Assembly (NCBI RefSeq): GCF_902652985.1 | Contig: NC_047024.1 | Location: forward strand, 36,022,001 to 36,086,000 | Direction of reading: 5' to 3' | DNA length: 64,000 nt | Source: Pecten maximus | Lineage: Eukaryota | Shown here: positions 60,291 through 64,000 of the stretch, piece after piece | How positions within the stretch are numbered: position 1 is the stretch's first letter | Layout: each line of letters opens with the position of its first letter | Notes under the pieces: model-generated | The model's database searches: none | The model's input: only the letters and a program-made list of their open reading frames with translations | What the model was told of the DNA's origin: nothing | Translations under genes and position numbers: made by a program

Positions 60291-62659
60291 AATCAAAACT
60301 GCTGCAGATCTTGAGGTCTGTATATATAATTTTAGAAAAATTGTAAAATCAGTCCAGAGGTAAGTGATACATCTGCGGTCACCTGATCAGCACTGTATAG
60401 TTACATATATCTCAATCATTATAAAGCTATACTGGATAGTGAATACAATTAGTACACTTACAATATCTACTAATTCTATTTTCCCTTTATATATATGGTT
60501 GCTGCAGATCTTTTACATGTAATGGTCTGTCAATTTGTACAGTTACAATAACTACTATTCATATTTTCCCCTTTACATACCCTGGTATATGGTTGCCTCA
60601 GATCTTTTAATGGTCTGTCAATTTGTAAACATTAAATCAGTATAAGTAGAATGAATACCTGTGTATCTAAGTAAAACACTATTGTCTGAAACAGTCCAAG
60701 GGAGATAACCAAAGATGTTGGACAAGTATGCTGAGAAGCAATGGGAGTATGGACTGTCTATAATAGAGCTATGTAAATTATACACGTAACTGATACATTT
60801 GTAGATATGTATGTAGTGAAATTAGGAAAGATCTCTATGTGTTGTAAAGCAAAAAAAAATGATCTGTGACTGTCAGCAAGGACATTGTTTGGGTAAAACT
60901 GTAAAGCATTTCACTTTTATGACTCAAAAAAAATCACTGGTTACAATTATAGATGTTATCTGTAGATACTGAATCATGTTTGAATATATCCACAATACTT
61001 GGTCCTATTGTGTACCTATCATAAACAAGGATCTGAATTCTGTAAGGAAAAATAATCTCTGTTAGTGAATGGACAGAGTAGGATTTTCAAAAAAAGGTTT
61101 TCATCTATTGAAGTGTATAATCCAATGAATGCCATCTGATCTTATGATCATGCAGTCACTATTAAAGATAACTGTGTAGACACCTTATAATTAGTCCAAC
61201 TACCTGGTAATTTGGATCAGTATATGTTGTCACCTTAAACATAGAACCATCCTAATGTTGAATTTAATGGAAACGACTTGAAATATTGTGTTCCAGTTTT
61301 TTTTTATTTAATATATATATATACTGTACATATAATTATTTATTCTTGACTTGCATTATCTTTATATGTACACATCGCCCTTTAGTCTAGGATCATATAC
61401 CAGCTGTATATAATTACTCCAAGATTATACAGACACTAGATACTTATTCTAATACACTGTAGTCACATTTTCATTCTAAATAATGTATGTTTGAATAGTA
61501 GATTTACACACACATTATACAGTTTCTATTAGTCTAAATTATTAATAATGCATATTGGGTAATTCAGAATAACACTTTACATAAAACCTTGATGAATATT
61601 TCATGTGTTTTCCTCCTAAAATTTCTACCTCATTAATAAATGTAACAGCTGACTCAAGTTTTGTACTTGTATATTGCTTCCTGTAAATATATCACTTTTA
61701 ATTAGAGCTGTGTAGCCCTGGCTAAAACGTCTACTGCTGGCTGTCTTGACATGTTTGGGCCTGCTTCTTTAGGAAATGTAGGGATGACAATAAAGTTGCT
61801 AATTACACATTCTAATTATATTGCCAGCAGTAGTAGCTACAAGCCCTCAAGCAAGACTTCCTTAGTTTGATTAAAAAAAAAAAAATTAAAAAAAAATTCA
61901 ATTAATCCAGAAACTCTCCGAACCTCTTTTTTGTTTTTGTTTTGTTGGGAGGGGGGGGGGGGGGGGGGGGGACTTATCAAATCTTTCACCACATTGGGTT
62001 TGAATGATTATTCATTTGAATTGTCAGTGTGGCATCACTATGATCAGTAGTCAGATATACGTACCAGATATTTTCTATTATTGCTATGATGTCATATACT
62101 CGTTGTTTTGAAAAGGGAATTCTTTGTGTCAACCCTAGGGTAAGATAAGGAAATGAAATAAGAAAATCTCATACTGATGACTGTGTGGATACACCTGTCC
62201 AGAGTTTGTTTCATATTTTGAAATATGGACATTTTTGAATAATCCATAAAGAATTAAATATTGTACCTATAACTAACATCTAGCACACTTTATATTAAAC
62301 CTCAAATTAACATCAGTGACAGAGTTTCATATTGAACCCTTTAAAAACAGCCATGAAACATTCTATGAATTTGAATATTTAACGACTGCATGATTAATGA
62401 AGGTATGCAGAGTCAGGTAGTGGATAATTGAAGGAACTTTGTATTCATTTAGGGTATCTGATGATTTCCGTTTGAAGCTTTCATCTGACTCATTTAGCTT
62501 TAATGCTATGTAAAACAGGCCGGATGCATTCTATTCCTATCAAGCAGTACATACATTGTCCCTACAATTTTATTAAAACAAAATTTTGTTGGAGAAAGTT
62601 TTATATATTTCATTCGTATCCAATCTGATGACAAATTAACTGTTACAGTTATAAGTGAC

Positions 62660-63330
62660 CTACCGGGAACTTGTCTGTCCTTCCACTATCTTGTACAGGC
62701 TCTTCTTCATTTCTTGTCACTCGAACTTCATACTTTGGTCTTGTGTTCACCTTGGTGATCATACTTTAGGTATGTGTTCACCTTGGTGATCATACTTTGG
62801 GTATGTGTTCACCTTGGTGATCATACTTTAGGTATGTGTTCACCTTGGTGATCATACTTTGGGTATGTGTTCACCTTGGTGATCATACTTTGGGTATGTG
62901 TTCACCTTGGTGATCATACTTTGGGTATGTGTTCACCTTGGTGATCATACTTTGGGTATGTGTTCACCTTGGTTATCATACTTTGGGTATGTGTTCACCT
63001 TGGTGATCATACTTTGGGTATGTGTTCACCTTGGTGATCATACTTTGAGTATGTGTTCACCTTGGTGAGGCGGTGTGTCAGATATCAAACGGAGGTCACT
63101 ATGACTTTTGACCTTTGGCCAATGTCAAAGAAAAAGTTGTCCAGGTCCTATTTCATACTTGGGTAAGGGAATTACCTTGGTGTGAGGAGATGTGTCATTT
63201 ATCAAAAGTAGGTCACTCTGACCTACATTTTTGACCATCGACCTACATCAAAGATAAAGTGTGTCCAGGCTATATCTCCTACATTACTTGTCTCTGGAAC
63301 TTAATACTTGATATATGGGTTCACCTTTTT
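62660..63330. mobile_element. Helentron/pearl-like non-autonomous element relic with internal 31-bp array
   Basis: gtctgtcc lead-in and repeated core units (catacttgg..accttggtg..tgtgtca..aggtcact..tgacc..gtccagg) of the kind seen in bivalve HINEs; family is inference. Confidence 0.5.
62728..63068. repeat. 31-bp minisatellite catactttgggtatgtgttcaccttggtgat
   Basis: ~11 copies. Confidence 0.96.
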
Positions 63331-64000
63331 TATTACAAATTTTTCATCTGTGCATTCTTGGCATATAATTTTTCATCTGATGATGTACTGTAATTTTAAT
63401 TGTGAATTGTTTTAGATGAAGTCTGGTTTATCTAGGTGTATGGTGGCCATGGTACATCGTATTCAGATTTTGTTGAGTGCTGCATCATGTTTTTCTATGC
63501 CAGGAATCACAAATAAATGTCACATTTTTGCTACAGAAATCCTGAATCAAAAATAAATAGAAAACATTTGACATATTATTGTAGATCTGTGCCGACATCA
63601 CTGTTGACATTTGTGTTAAAGTCCCCATCATCTCCCTCCTGGTCTAACCTTGTCAGTCAAACTGAGTCACTGTTTACCAGCTGGCTGACTGCAATTACAT
63701 TAAAAAAAATGAAATGATTTATTTAGCTGTTAAAACAAAGGAAACATGTTTGGGAGTTAGGTAACAAAAGCTGTGAATAAAGCATGCTTGTCAGCTGTAT
63801 GCTGTCATGTTTACAATTTAAAGTTCATGGCCCTGTAGCTGTTTCCTGTGTTATATTTTCCTTTAATTAAAACTTTATGCTTAGTATCTGCATCCTGTTT
63901 TGTAATTTCCCTAAATTTAAACTTTATGATTTCCCTAAGATTTAAAGTCCCATGTTATAATATTTCCCTTAAGTTAATGGTAGTATTTGCTTCCTGTGTT

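Noticed and set aside
60715-60790. MLDKYAEKQWE peptide resembling GTF2H4 (LDKYAEERWE)
   Set aside because: In-frame stop just upstream, no pyrimidine-tract acceptor and no other GTF2H4 exons seen; likely chance.
61947-61971. Poly-G tract as a functional G-quadruplex
   Set aside because: Simple homopolymer of unreliable length with no supporting context.

Overview
AT-rich, intron- and minisatellite-rich metazoan genomic DNA, most likely a bivalve mollusc (inferred from the V- and CORE-type tRNA-SINEs, Helentron-like repeats and gene style). The main gene is on the + strand (5' end outside the window; exons 1186-33887). It encodes a lamin-like intermediate filament protein: a long-type coiled-coil rod with lamin intron positions, a long Pro/Ser/Thr linker with several candidate cassette exons (one basic, NLS-like), an LMNTD1/IFLTD1-type lamin tail domain, and two candidate alternative last exons, neither ending in CaaX. 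A complete RNF141 gene (236 aa, 5 coding exons, 51622-43157) lies convergently on the - strand and probably shares a bidirectional promoter (~54.0-54.3 kb) with an unidentified + strand transcript. About 20 tandem arrays fill the introns, together with three V-SINE copies with TSDs, a decayed LINE, several MITEs and a periodic-mismatch palindrome. The first 1 kb is one 26-bp repeat written in two alphabets (every T replaced by G), probably a base-calling artefact. All gene models were built by eye from splice sites and reading frame; no searches were run, and comparisons with human proteins are from memory.
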